Source: Rebecca billardiae RCC1528 | Taxonomy: Eukaryota; Protista; Haptophyta | Reading direction: 5' to 3' | Assembly: GCA_965240325.2 (NCBI GenBank) | Contig: OZ251225.1 | Span: forward strand, 496,001 to 560,000 | Length of the DNA: 64,000 bases | The notes under the pieces: generated by a model | Database searches by the model: none | What the model saw: only the letters and a program-made list of their open reading frames with translations | Told to the model about the DNA's origin: nothing | Shown here: piece by piece, positions 30,659 through 40,800 of the stretch | How the letters are laid out: every line of letters begins with the position of its first letter | Numbering within the stretch: position 1 is the first letter of the stretch | Made by a program: the position numbers and the translations under genes

Positions 30659-31018
30659 TCACGAATATTGTGCCGACGGTCGTGTGAGTGCCTGACGGAT
30701 CTTGGCGTCTTTCATGCCGCGCAGCATTTGCATGATGACACTTGTTTTCACGTCGAGACGCACGAGCTCGAGAAGGAGCTCAAACACTTCCGCGTGTGGC
30801 TGCACCCCCACCGATGCTGCGAGAGCGAGCAGCTCTGCTGCTTGCGCGGCGTCCGCGATCAGCGGGCACAGGGGGTGGGTGGGTGGGTGTTGGGGCAGGG
30901 GGTCAGCATCGATAGCGGATTGAAACCGACGCATCACTTCTTGTCTGCACGCGGTGACGAGAAGCAGCCGCGACATGGCACCGGGGTCGATCGCGCGCAG
31001 ACCGTTGGCATCCTCCAT
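30659..31018 (-). CDS. MZT2: MOZART2 (MZT2)-like gamma-tubulin ring complex microprotein; probable in-frame intron ~31002-30841
   Basis: AELLALAASVGVQPHAEVFELLLELVRLDVKTSVIMQMLRGM matches the MZT2 pattern E-L-x-x-L-A..G..V-F..L..L..L-x-V....QML-x-x-M. A phase-1 GT..AG intron gives a ~65-aa product. Confidence 0.68.
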   Translation of the reverse strand: MEDANGLRAIDPGAMSRLLLVTACRQEVMRRFQSAIDADPLPQHPPTHPLCPLIADAAQAAELLALAASVGVQPHAEVFELLLELVRLDVKTSVIMQMLRGMKDAKIRQALTRPSAQYS

Positions 31019-31293
31019 GCTTGCCGACGCACCCGCCTTCGTCTCCCGGGTCCGGAGCGTCGGACCAAAGGAAGTCGGACGAGAGTGCGTGCCGGAGACT
31101 TTCAACTTGTTCACTAAAAGCTACTAACCCACCATATTGCCGCTGTAAACCAAGTGTAGAGTCTGTAGACTGTATCATGGATCTACTAATACTCGGAACC
31201 AGAATCATGCAACGCAAGTCTTATCATGCACCATGCACCCTAGATACGCCGCCTCATACATGCGCTCTCCGCGCGTCCGATTAGCCAGACATC

Positions 31294-31920
31294 TTACTGG
31301 TTGAACGGCACCGGCGAGCCGAACATCGCGTTGAGGATGTACGGGTTGCCGTCGAGCTTCTCGTGCACCATCAGGCCGAGGATGCCCATCTGCGCCGCGC
31401 GGCCGTTGTTCAGCTCGACCGCGCGCTTCGCCATCTTCTGGTCGGGCGTGAACTTGTCCCAGCCGAAGTCGAGGTAGCCGTTGCGGAAGTCGCCGACGAA
31501 CTCGTTGCCAGTGCCCGGCACGCTCTTCATCACCGCAAACTCCAGGAACCCGCAGAACGCAATGATCTGCAGCAGGCCGGACGTCGGCACGACGTCGAGG
31601 GCGGCGAGCCCGGCGGGCACGCTGGAGAAGGGGAGACCAGTCGCGAGGTCGCCAGGCAGGCGGACGCCCGCCGAGGTGACGATGTGCCCGAGCACCGCGA
31701 GCATCGCGACGCGGCCGTGCTTGATCTCGATGAAGCGCAGCGAGTCAAAGCGCGTCTGGTCCGCGTCCTTCAGAAGGCCGATCGGATCGAGGAAGCCGAG
31801 CGGCGGCTGCACGCCCAGCTCCTTCTCGAAGCCCATGTTCACCGCCGCGCGCGACGCCGTCGGCGCGCGCATGGCCGGGCCGTTGAAGGCGAGAGCCGAG
31901 ACGAGGATCTGCGCGAACAT
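31294..31920 (-). CDS. lhcf: Fucoxanthin-chlorophyll a/c-binding light-harvesting protein (Lhcf/FCP)
   Basis: ELGVQPPLGFLDPIGLL; EIKHGRVAMLA; ELNNGRAAQMGILGLMVHE; presequence ending ALA-F. Confidence 0.97.
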   Translation of the reverse strand: MFAQILVSALAFNGPAMRAPTASRAAVNMGFEKELGVQPPLGFLDPIGLLKDADQTRFDSLRFIEIKHGRVAMLAVLGHIVTSAGVRLPGDLATGLPFSSVPAGLAALDVVPTSGLLQIIAFCGFLEFAVMKSVPGTGNEFVGDFRNGYLDFGWDKFTPDQKMAKRAVELNNGRAAQMGILGLMVHEKLDGNPYILNAMFGSPVPFNQ

Positions 31921-32197
31921 GACGGGCGACTGCGGGCTGACGGATGCGATCCAGCCAAGCCCAATAATTAATGCGCGCGCCAATTTAAGCCCTCATTAAT
32001 TGTGCCGCGCGGTTGGCAGCGGGCGGGCGGGTAATGGCGCTGCTGGTGAGCGTCGCGGCCTTTAGCACGAGATTTCACAATCTGCAGATCAGAGATCTGA
32101 TCGCGCCCGCCCGGAACATGCGGTCCGGGCTCCCGCGGCCTTGGTCACACAGACCGCTCGCGGCACTCGACAACCCGTCGCGGATTCGTGCACCCCG

Positions 32198-32809
32198 ATG
32201 CTCGCCGCCATCCCGCGAGTGCTCGTGCTCCTCGCGCTCGCGCGAGCTGCGCATGGCTTCTCGGCCCCAGCAGGCAGGGGGCACGTTGCTGCGGCCCCCA
32301 GCCTGCACCGCTCCCGCGTCGTCGCGGCGATCAAGCAGGCGGACGTCGATGCGGTCGTCGCGCGCTGCCGCAAGCGATTCCCAAACTCGCGCGAGGGCAA
32401 CATGCTGTGGATCGAGCCGAAGCAGGCGCAGTCGCAGCTCCAGGCGATCGCGAAGGTGTACGGCGAGGAGGCTGCCGTCGAGATGGCCCTGAAGGAACCG
32501 CGCTGCCTCTTCTACAACACGGCGTACATGAAGCCGGCGTTTGATGCGTTTGCGGAGAATTTTGGCGAGGAGGAGACTAAGGGCATGGTCATGCGCAACC
32601 CCAACCTGCTCGCGGTGCGGCCGGACGGGTACGGTGGCGCATCCGGGGCGGGCAATGAGGCAATGTACGCCTCGTACGTCGTCGACTTCACGCGCTCGTT
32701 CGGCGGCTACATCACCGGGCTAGTTTTCTTCCTGCTCTCCGTCCCCGCCATCGAGATCCTCACCGGCGTGCCGCGCTCCGAGTTTCTCTCGGTGCTCTTG
32801 AACCGGTGA
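32198..32809 (+). CDS. Plastid-targeted hypothetical protein with C-terminal TM helix
   Basis: Signal peptide ending AHG-FSAP plus transit peptide; two helical repeats (MALKEPRCL, MVMRNPNLL); C-terminal hydrophobic helix; strong GC3 codon bias. Confidence 0.8.
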   Translation: MLAAIPRVLVLLALARAAHGFSAPAGRGHVAAAPSLHRSRVVAAIKQADVDAVVARCRKRFPNSREGNMLWIEPKQAQSQLQAIAKVYGEEAAVEMALKEPRCLFYNTAYMKPAFDAFAENFGEEETKGMVMRNPNLLAVRPDGYGGASGAGNEAMYASYVVDFTRSFGGYITGLVFFLLSVPAIEILTGVPRSEFLSVLLNR

Positions 32810-33087
32810 GCCGGCTGAGCTGGCGTGCAGGCGCAGGGCTGTGCTTCGCCGAGGCCCGGCCACACACACACACACGCGCGTGCGCGGAGCGCGACCGTCG
32901 CGGACTGGGAGCGGCGTGGGCAGCGTCACTGCTGAGGATGACCACTTCGAAGCCCGCTATTCATATTGGCGATGCTGCGGCAGCGCCGCCAGCAGCACTG
33001 GCGCGGCTCGTGCCAGCCGCAGCACGGTACAGCAGTAGCATTGTGATTGGTGTCGTATATCCTTCGTGATGACGATATGCTGATGAG

Positions 33088-34605
33088 TCAAAGCTCGTCG
33101 TGGTCATCATCCCACTCGCCGTGGCTGCGGCCCGTGGCAGCAGGCTTGGCGCCCCCGCGACCGGCCCCGCTGCCTGCACTGCCAACGTCACCTCCCGCGT
33201 CTGCTCCCGCGCTGTCGGTGGGCTCGGTCGCCTCGGTCGGCAGCAGCTCATCGGCGTCCGCGCACTCGGCCGGCCGGCTGCCATCAGGTGGCAGCCGCGT
33301 CACCTGCCTGCTGGACTCTACGCTCATGTCGGCGTTGATCACGATCACCACGCGCGTGTCGCCCACGGCCTCCGCCGCGTCGGCTCCCACCGCGAGCGCG
33401 CCCGCGGGCTCGTCGCCCTCCCCGCCCGGACCCGCGTGGCCGCCTTGCGCTGCGGCATGCGCGGCGCGGCGCGTGGTCACCGCGACGCGGACCGAGCTGC
33501 GCAGCCTCGCGCCCCCCGCCGAGCCGTACGCCGCCTGCGCCGCGCAGCCAGCCAGCGCGTGCTGCAGGTGCCTCCGCACGGGGCCGTGCACCAGCATTGA
33601 GAACTTGCTCACCAGTGTCTTGAACCCGTACCGCGCGATCTGGCGCTCGCGGTCGGAGCCCTCCCACGCGAGCTTGTCGAGGAGGAGGTTGGTGACGCCC
33701 TCGTCCCAGACGATCCCCGCGCCGCCGGCGAAGTACTCGCGCAGCTCGTCGCGCAGCTCGACGAGCAGCCGCGCCGCGAGCGCGCGGAGCTGCGCGCGCG
33801 CAAACGGAAAGTAGGGGACGGTGAGGTCGACGCGCGAGGTGAAGTCTGTGTTGTTGGCGTGCACGTCGAGCTGGGCCTGCAGCTCGTCCTGCAGCGCGTG
33901 CACGTCGACGTCCTCGCGCGAGCGCGCCGCGTACACGCGCTCCGAGATCGCCTCCGCGCCCAGGTTCGACGTGAGCAAGAAGGTGACGTTCGCGTACCCA
34001 AAGTCGTCTCGCGAGTCGGTCGGGCGCGAGAAGTAGGGCCTGAACACGGAGAGCGCGCGCGCTGGCATCATCTGCACCTCCTCGAGGACGATGAGGCCGC
34101 GCGAGCAGCGGCGGACGAGCTGGTTCACCCGCGCGCGCAGCTCCTCCTCGTACTCCAGCGTGAGCTCGGGGCTGCGGTAGTTCACCGAGCCGATGACGAG
34201 CACGCCGATCGGTCGGTCGCGCGCGTCGGAGCGCGCGTACAGCGCGCGTGCGAGCACCTCGTGCGTGAGCGACTTGCCCACGCCGGTCGGCCCGTGGAGC
34301 GAGATGACGAGCGGCTTCTCCCGACGCTTGCTCGCGTGGTGCACGCGCAGCGTGTCGAGGATCAGCTCGATCGCCTGCGGCTGGCCGATCACGCGCTCGC
34401 GCAGCGCCGCCTCCGCGCGCTCCAGCCAGTCGGACCGCCATGCGCACGAGTGCGGGTCGCCGACGAACGGGGTGAGCGCGTACTCGGCCATCTCAGAGAG
34501 TGTCGGAACCGCCTGCCAGACGGTATCCCAGCCGCTCGGCTGCGCCGCGAGCGGCTGCTGCGCCGCCACTATCGCGCACGCTACAGCCGTCAGCGCCGCC
34601 ATCAT
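33088..34605 (-). CDS. Torsin-family AAA+ ATPase, ER luminal (signal peptide + C-terminal HDEL)
   Basis: LRERVIGQPQA..KPLVISLHGPTGVGKS..LARALY; CSRGLIVLEEVQMMP; FLLTSNLGAEAI; VPYFPF; YGFK; ends DDDHDEL*. Confidence 0.88.
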   Translation of the reverse strand: MMAALTAVACAIVAAQQPLAAQPSGWDTVWQAVPTLSEMAEYALTPFVGDPHSCAWRSDWLERAEAALRERVIGQPQAIELILDTLRVHHASKRREKPLVISLHGPTGVGKSLTHEVLARALYARSDARDRPIGVLVIGSVNYRSPELTLEYEEELRARVNQLVRRCSRGLIVLEEVQMMPARALSVFRPYFSRPTDSRDDFGYANVTFLLTSNLGAEAISERVYAARSREDVDVHALQDELQAQLDVHANNTDFTSRVDLTVPYFPFARAQLRALAARLLVELRDELREYFAGGAGIVWDEGVTNLLLDKLAWEGSDRERQIARYGFKTLVSKFSMLVHGPVRRHLQHALAGCAAQAAYGSAGGARLRSSVRVAVTTRRAAHAAAQGGHAGPGGEGDEPAGALAVGADAAEAVGDTRVVIVINADMSVESSRQVTRLPPDGSRPAECADADELLPTEATEPTDSAGADAGGDVGSAGSGAGRGGAKPAATGRSHGEWDDDHDEL

Positions 34606-34899
34606 GGCATGGGCAAGATGATGAGACACGATCCAACTGCGCACGAGTTCTGCAGGACTGCAGCTGACCTGTCGAGTTCTGATTTACATATCTCTGTGGC
34701 TGTGCGCACTTGTACAGTAGGAGGCAATCACTAGACTGAGGTGCTGTGGTAGCCCTTGCGGTTGTCACAGTCAGCAGTGACCGCGCGGGCCTGAGGCTGA
34801 GACTGCTGGATGATTGCTAGGCTGCGCGCGACAAGGGCTGCTCGCGAATCGAGCAGTGTGGAAACTGTTCGCTGTCACGTCGAAGACTCGGATGTCCAA

Positions 34900-37800
34900 T
34901 CAGAGGCCGCCAGCGACATCAGCTGCCATGTGCGAAATGCCTGCGAAGAGCAGGATGACGATGGGCTCCTCGACCACAAAGGTCGCGCAGGTGGCGACCT
35001 GCGCGTTGGGTGGTGGGGCGCGAGGCGGCCGTTCGTTTGTGAGCCGGCAGTGGACGCGGACGCGCGCTGGACGGGCGCTCGCGCGCTCGCACGCACGCGC
35101 TCGCTCCGCTCCGCGCGTGGCCCGCCCGCGCACGCACCGCAAACGCTGCGAGCGCAACGGTCGCGACGGGCTCCGTGTGCTTGAACGAGCTCTCCAGCGC
35201 AAAGTAGGCAAGGATGCCGAAGATCGCGAGCTGCAGCATCCAGGCCAAGGCCGTCTGCGGAGGGCGCGGCGCAGGGGCGGGCGGGCGCGCGTGCACGGGT
35301 GAGCGCCAAGCACCGCGCCGCCGGGGCGTGCGCGCGCGAGGCGCGCGCGCGCGTGCGCATCTCGTACCCGAATCTTGTCGACGGTGGTGAGCTCCTTCTT
35401 GGCTTCGGGCACCTCGCCGGTGCCGTAGGCGAAGCTCTCGCCGCCGTCCACCTTGTACCGGGCGACCGTCGCCTCGCGCAGGAAGGGCGAGGCGCGCGTC
35501 ACGCCGCCGGCCGCGCCCTCGGTTGGCGGCGCCGGCCGCGTCGTCGCCGTCTCCTCCTCGCCATCGGGGTACACGAGCGCCGTCGCCGTGGCGTCGGCGC
35601 CCTCCGGGTGCACGCGGACGTCCTCCTCCTCGTCGCGCTCGGCGCCCGACGGCGGCGAGGGCGGCGGGCTCGGCGGCCTCGGCGAGGGCGGCGGCTCTCC
35701 GTCCGTCGAGCCGTCCATGCCGCGCGCGCGGAAGCCCGCGGGGCCGGCAGCGCCGCCCTCGGGCTCCGGCTGCGCCGCCGGCGGGATCGCGGCGGCGCGG
35801 CCGACGGGCGGGTTGGTCGGCGCGACGCGGCTCGAGCACGCCGCGCCGGAGCCGCGCCGCTCGGAGCCGCCGCCCGAGCTGCCCGGCCGCGCGGCCGACG
35901 AGTCGGTGCGCGGGGGCGGCGGGCCGGGCGGCGGGCGGCGCGGCGGCGGCGGCGGCGCGCCGCCCGCCGCGGCGGGCGCGCCCGCGAGCTCCCACGGCGG
36001 CTTCATCCGCGTGGCGTTCTTGTCGGCGCCCTCCGACCAGGGCGGCGGGACGCGGCGCACGCTCGGCCCGCCCTCGCCCGGCGGCGGCGCCGGCCGGCCG
36101 TCGCCGTCGTCGAGCAGCTGGCGCGGCACGGCGATGCGCTCGCGCACGCCCGAGCGCAGCTCGCCGCCCGGCCCCGTGAGAGGCGGCCGGCGGCGCGGCG
36201 CGGAGGAGGGGAGGTACTGCGTGCCGTCGTCCTTCTCGGCGAGCACGTCGGCAATGGTTGTGGGCGTCTTGCCCGCGCTCGGCGTGCCGCCCGCGCTCGT
36301 CGCGCCCGCCGCGCTGCCCGAGCCGCCGGAGGCGACGACGGCGGGGTCGGCGGCGCGCCCCGCCGCCGCCGCCTCGGTGCGCACGGGTGTCGTCTGCATC
36401 GGCCGCGCCCCGCCCGCGCCGCGCCCGACCTTCCACTTCTTGCGCGCGGCGGTGGGGAAGAGGCACACGATGGTGGCGACGAGCAGCCGCCGCGCCACGC
36501 CAAACGGCGTCGCGCCCCACGCCAGCCCGAGCACGAGCACGAAGAGCAGCCGCGTGACGTACAGCGCGGGCGCGGCCAGCAGCGTGCTGATGGCCACGTG
36601 CGCGACAAAGTCGGCGCCGCTGCCGCCGCCGGCCGCCTGCTGCAGCGCGCGGCGGCCGCCCTGCAGCGACTCGGGCGCGGGCAACGGCACGCCCAGCTCG
36701 CCCTCGCCCGCGAAGAGGAACGCCTGCAGCCACAGCTGGAACATGAGCTGCGTGAAGACGATCTGCACAATCTCGGGCGTGCGCAGCCCGGGCGCGGTCT
36801 CGCCCTGCGCCAGCCCGAGCAGGGACAGCCCGTCCTCGAGGGCGAAGCGCGCGCGCAGGTGGAAGGGGAGGCGGCCGTGGCTGCGCGAGCGCGCGCGCTC
36901 GAGCGCGCCCGAGCGCGCCGCCATCTTCTTGAGCAGCGCGCTGCGCCGCGCCTCGGGCTTCACGCGCATCTCGCGCGCGCACGCCGCGCCGACCAGCATC
37001 AAGTTGAGCCCGCCCACCACGGCGATCGCGATCGTGTAGATCTGCGAGATCACGGGCAGCGTGATGATCTCGATGATCTCGGGCGGCGCGTGCGGCGGCG
37101 GCGAGGGCGAGTCCGGCGAGGGCGGCGGCGGCGGCGGCGGCGCGGGCGGCGGCGGCATCGGCTCCGCCTGCAGCGTGCCCGCAAAGTCGCCGAGGCTGGT
37201 GGGCTTGCACCGCAGCGCGCCGCTCGAGCCCGCGCCCGCCCAGTACTCGTCGTAGTTGCCGAGCGTCGGCGCGTACGTCGTGTCGGTGGGAACCCACGAG
37301 AGCGTCGGGCCGTCCCACACGGCGCAGCCCAGCCAGTGGTTGCACGCCGTGCCGTACCAGCCCGCCTCGCACGCGCACGCGTCGCCGCCCGAGCAGGTGC
37401 CGCGGCCGTTGCACGCGCGGCCCGACTCGTCTGCGCTGCAGTTGTACGACGGGTCGCCCTTGTCCTTGGTGGGGGCGGTGCTCACCGTGCGGATGGTCAC
37501 GTCGAAGGCGGACTCGTTCGACGCGAGGTCCAGCGCGAGCGGCACGTTCGCCCCGTCCGCGAAGAAGAGCGCGAACGGCGTGGTGCGCAGCTGCGCGCCC
37601 GACTGCTCGATGAGCGCGTACACGTTGCTCGTCCACTCGACGAGGTTGAGGGTCACACCGGCCGCCTCGGAGAGCCCGGCGGCGTTGAGCACGCGGTTGT
37701 CGCCCGGCAGCGTGACGGTGATGTCGCCGGTCGGCGAGTCGATCACCGCGTCGTTCAGCTCGAGCGCCACGCGCCGCTCCACGAGCAGCTTCACCTTGGC

Positions 37801-40800
37801 GAGGTCGAAGAGGCGCGAGCCCTCGCCCGCGACCGCGTCTGCAATCAGCGCGGGCGCCACCTCGTCCTGCACGTACTCGATCAGCCGCGCGAGCACGAGG
37901 CGCACCGAGCCGACGTCGCCCGACGTGGCGTTGAAGAGCTCGGCGACGGTCTCGTTGGTCGCGTACAGCTCCGCCGCGTCGAGCAGCGAGCCGATCGACG
38001 CGGCGAGCGCGGCGCGCGCGTCGGCGCCGAGGTCGACGGTCGTGGAGGCGGTGAGCGCCTCGAGCACGTCCAGCGCGATGTTCTGCGCCTCGGGCTCGAC
38101 GTCGGAGGAGGTGGCGAGCGTGGCGCTGAGCGTCTGCAGCTGCTGCAGCTGCTCCGACTCGGACACGGCGGCGAGCTGCTGCAGCTCGTAGATCTGCGAG
38201 ATGAGCGACTTCTTGAGCGCGGTGTCGCCGTCACCCGCCTGCTGCAGCGCGCGCGCGCCGCCGGCGCCGCCTCGCTCGAGCAGCCGGCGGCGCGCGCCGC
38301 CGCCCGAGCCCTGCTGCGAGTCGATGAGCGCAAAGATGATCTGCAGCGCGGCGCCCGTGTCCGCCTGCGAGATCAGGTCGTCGATCAGCGTGCTCACCTC
38401 GTCCACCTGCGTGCCCGTCAGCTCCGCCTCGTTGGCGACCACGGGGCACTCGACGGTCGAGGTGGCGCCGTACACGTCTGAGACGGAGAGGCTCACGTTG
38501 TGCACGCCCGCCGGCAGGTACACCTGCACGAACTTGGCGAGCGAGCGCGAGGTGAGCTGGAGGTTGCCGTCGCGGCGGAACTCGTAGTACAGCGGCTTGT
38601 CCTCCGGGTCGTCCGTCCAGCCGCGCGCCGCGAGGAAGAACTCGGTGAAGATCGCCTGCCCCACCTCGGGCGAGGCGACGATCGAGCCGCCCCACGGCGC
38701 AACGTTGGTCGTCGCACTCACGACGGCAAAGCTCGAGATGCCCGCGGCGCCGCTCGAGCTCGCGTCGAGGCGGAAGGTGTACGTCTGGCCGGGCGAGAGC
38801 GCCGACGGGTCGATCACGATGGTCGCCCGCGTGCGCCCCGTGCCTCCCACCGCGCCCGCCTTGTCGAGGTCGATCTCGTCGCAGCTCCACAGATAGCTGA
38901 AGCGGTCGCGCCGCCGGTCTGCCCACGACGCGCCTCCCTCGAGCACGAGCTGGCCGTTCGCCGGCACCTTGGCGCGCTTCAGGTCGACCGTGACGTCGAA
39001 GAGCTCGCCCGCCTGCATCGTCACGCCGACCGACGCCGACGCGGAGCGCGTGCCCTTGGTGCCCGTGACCGTGAACGTGTACTCGCCCGGCGCGAGCGCG
39101 TTGGCCGGCACGGTGAGCACGCCGCCGCTCACCCACGCCGGATCGATGGCCGCTTGCGCGGACGAGAAGGCGAAGGCGATCGAGCCGAGCGCCGAGAGCG
39201 CGTCGGCCGGGTCGTTCGAGCCCGACGCGTCGAGGACGAGCGGCTCGTCCGCCGACGCCGAGCGCTCGCCCTGCGCGAAGAACACCTGCAGCGGCTCCGT
39301 GAGCACGCGCACGTCCACGCTCGCCTCCGCAGAGAAGGTCGGGTCCGCCGCCATCGCGACGCGCACGCGCAGCCGGTAGGTGCGGCCGAAGACGAACGTG
39401 TTCGCCGGGATGAGCAGCGACGAGCCGGCGGTGGAGCCGAGCGCGGTGGCGAGCGCGGCGGGCGTGGCGGGCGCGCCCGCCACCGTGCGGTCGTGCGTCC
39501 ACGTGTAGAGCAGCGCCTTGGAGCCCGTCCAGCACGCGGCCGCCTGGCCGCGCGCGAGGAGGCCGGTGGACTGCGACGCGCGCGCGTCGAGCGTGGCGGG
39601 CGCGAGGATCTGCACCGACGGCGCCGCCTTGCCCACCTTGGTCACCGTCCAGCGCGAGATCGGCGAGGCGCTGCCTGTGAACGAGCGCGCGCGCACGAGG
39701 AACGTCATCGTGCGCGCGTCCGCGGGCACAATGTCGTTGGAGAGCGTGAGCACGTCCCTCTGCGCGCTCAGCACCGCGTTGGGCGTGCCGGCCGGCCGCT
39801 TGAGCGCGGCGCTGAGCGTGGCGGAGAAGTCGGTGACCGACGCGTCGACGCCCCACTCGAAGGCGAGCGGCACGACGCCGCCGCCCGACGAGGCGGACGC
39901 GTCGACGGTGAGCGAGTCGCCGTCGCACGCAGAGAGCTGCGCGCTGCCCGACAGCGCCATCGTCGGCACCGGGCACGTCGTGAGGCACGGAAAGTCGCGG
40001 TCGACGGTGCCGGAGGCGGTGGAGAACTTGGTCGAGGCGACGCCGCCGACCGTCGGCGCGGCGATCGTGTTCGGCCGCACGCTGATCGTGCTGCCCGGCC
40101 CGGCGGCGGTGCTCGCCGAGAGGAACGCGACGAGCGTGCGCGAGTCCTGCCAGTTGCACGTGGGCGCGCTCGCCGAGCTGCCGCGCAGCGTCGCGACCGA
40201 CGCGGCGGTGAGCACGTTGGCGCAGGCGAACGTGCCGAGCTGGTTGGCGCGGTTCGTGCCCTGCGCGTCGAAGATCACGAGCAGCTTCGTCGCCGTGTCG
40301 TCGAACACCACGCGGTTGATCACGGGCGCGTACGAGCCGGAGAAGGTGGCGGACGCGGCTTCTGGCGCGTACTGCTGCCCGTTGAGCGACACCTCGATCG
40401 GCGTGGCGCCCAGCCCGACGGGCGAGGTCACGCCCACCTCGGCGTCGTCCGAGGCCGTGCCGCTCGCGACCTGCTCGCCAAAGCGCACGCGCACGTACGC
40501 CTCGAACGCCGCGTCGATGTCGGCGAGCGCGCGGAAGCCCGAGCCCGTGACGCGCACGGCCGCGCCGCCCTCCGCGTCGAGCGTGTCGGGCGTCGCGCCC
40601 GCGACGCTCGGCTGGTCGTAGAAGTAGAAGGGGACGCCGCCGGGCGCGATCGAGCCCTCGGCGCCGCCGTTGAGCGTCGCGCTGATCGTCGCGTTGCGCA
40701 GGCCCTCGCCCGCCAGCCGGCGCCCGCCGCCCGTGAACGCGGGCATCTCGCACAGCAGCCGCGGCGGGTCGTCGAGCAGCTGCGCGGCCGCGAGCTGCAC

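Noticed and set aside
33079-33100. CTGATGAG hammerhead-like core (also ~13798 and ~11901)
   Set aside because: No stem II-GAAA and closing stems follow
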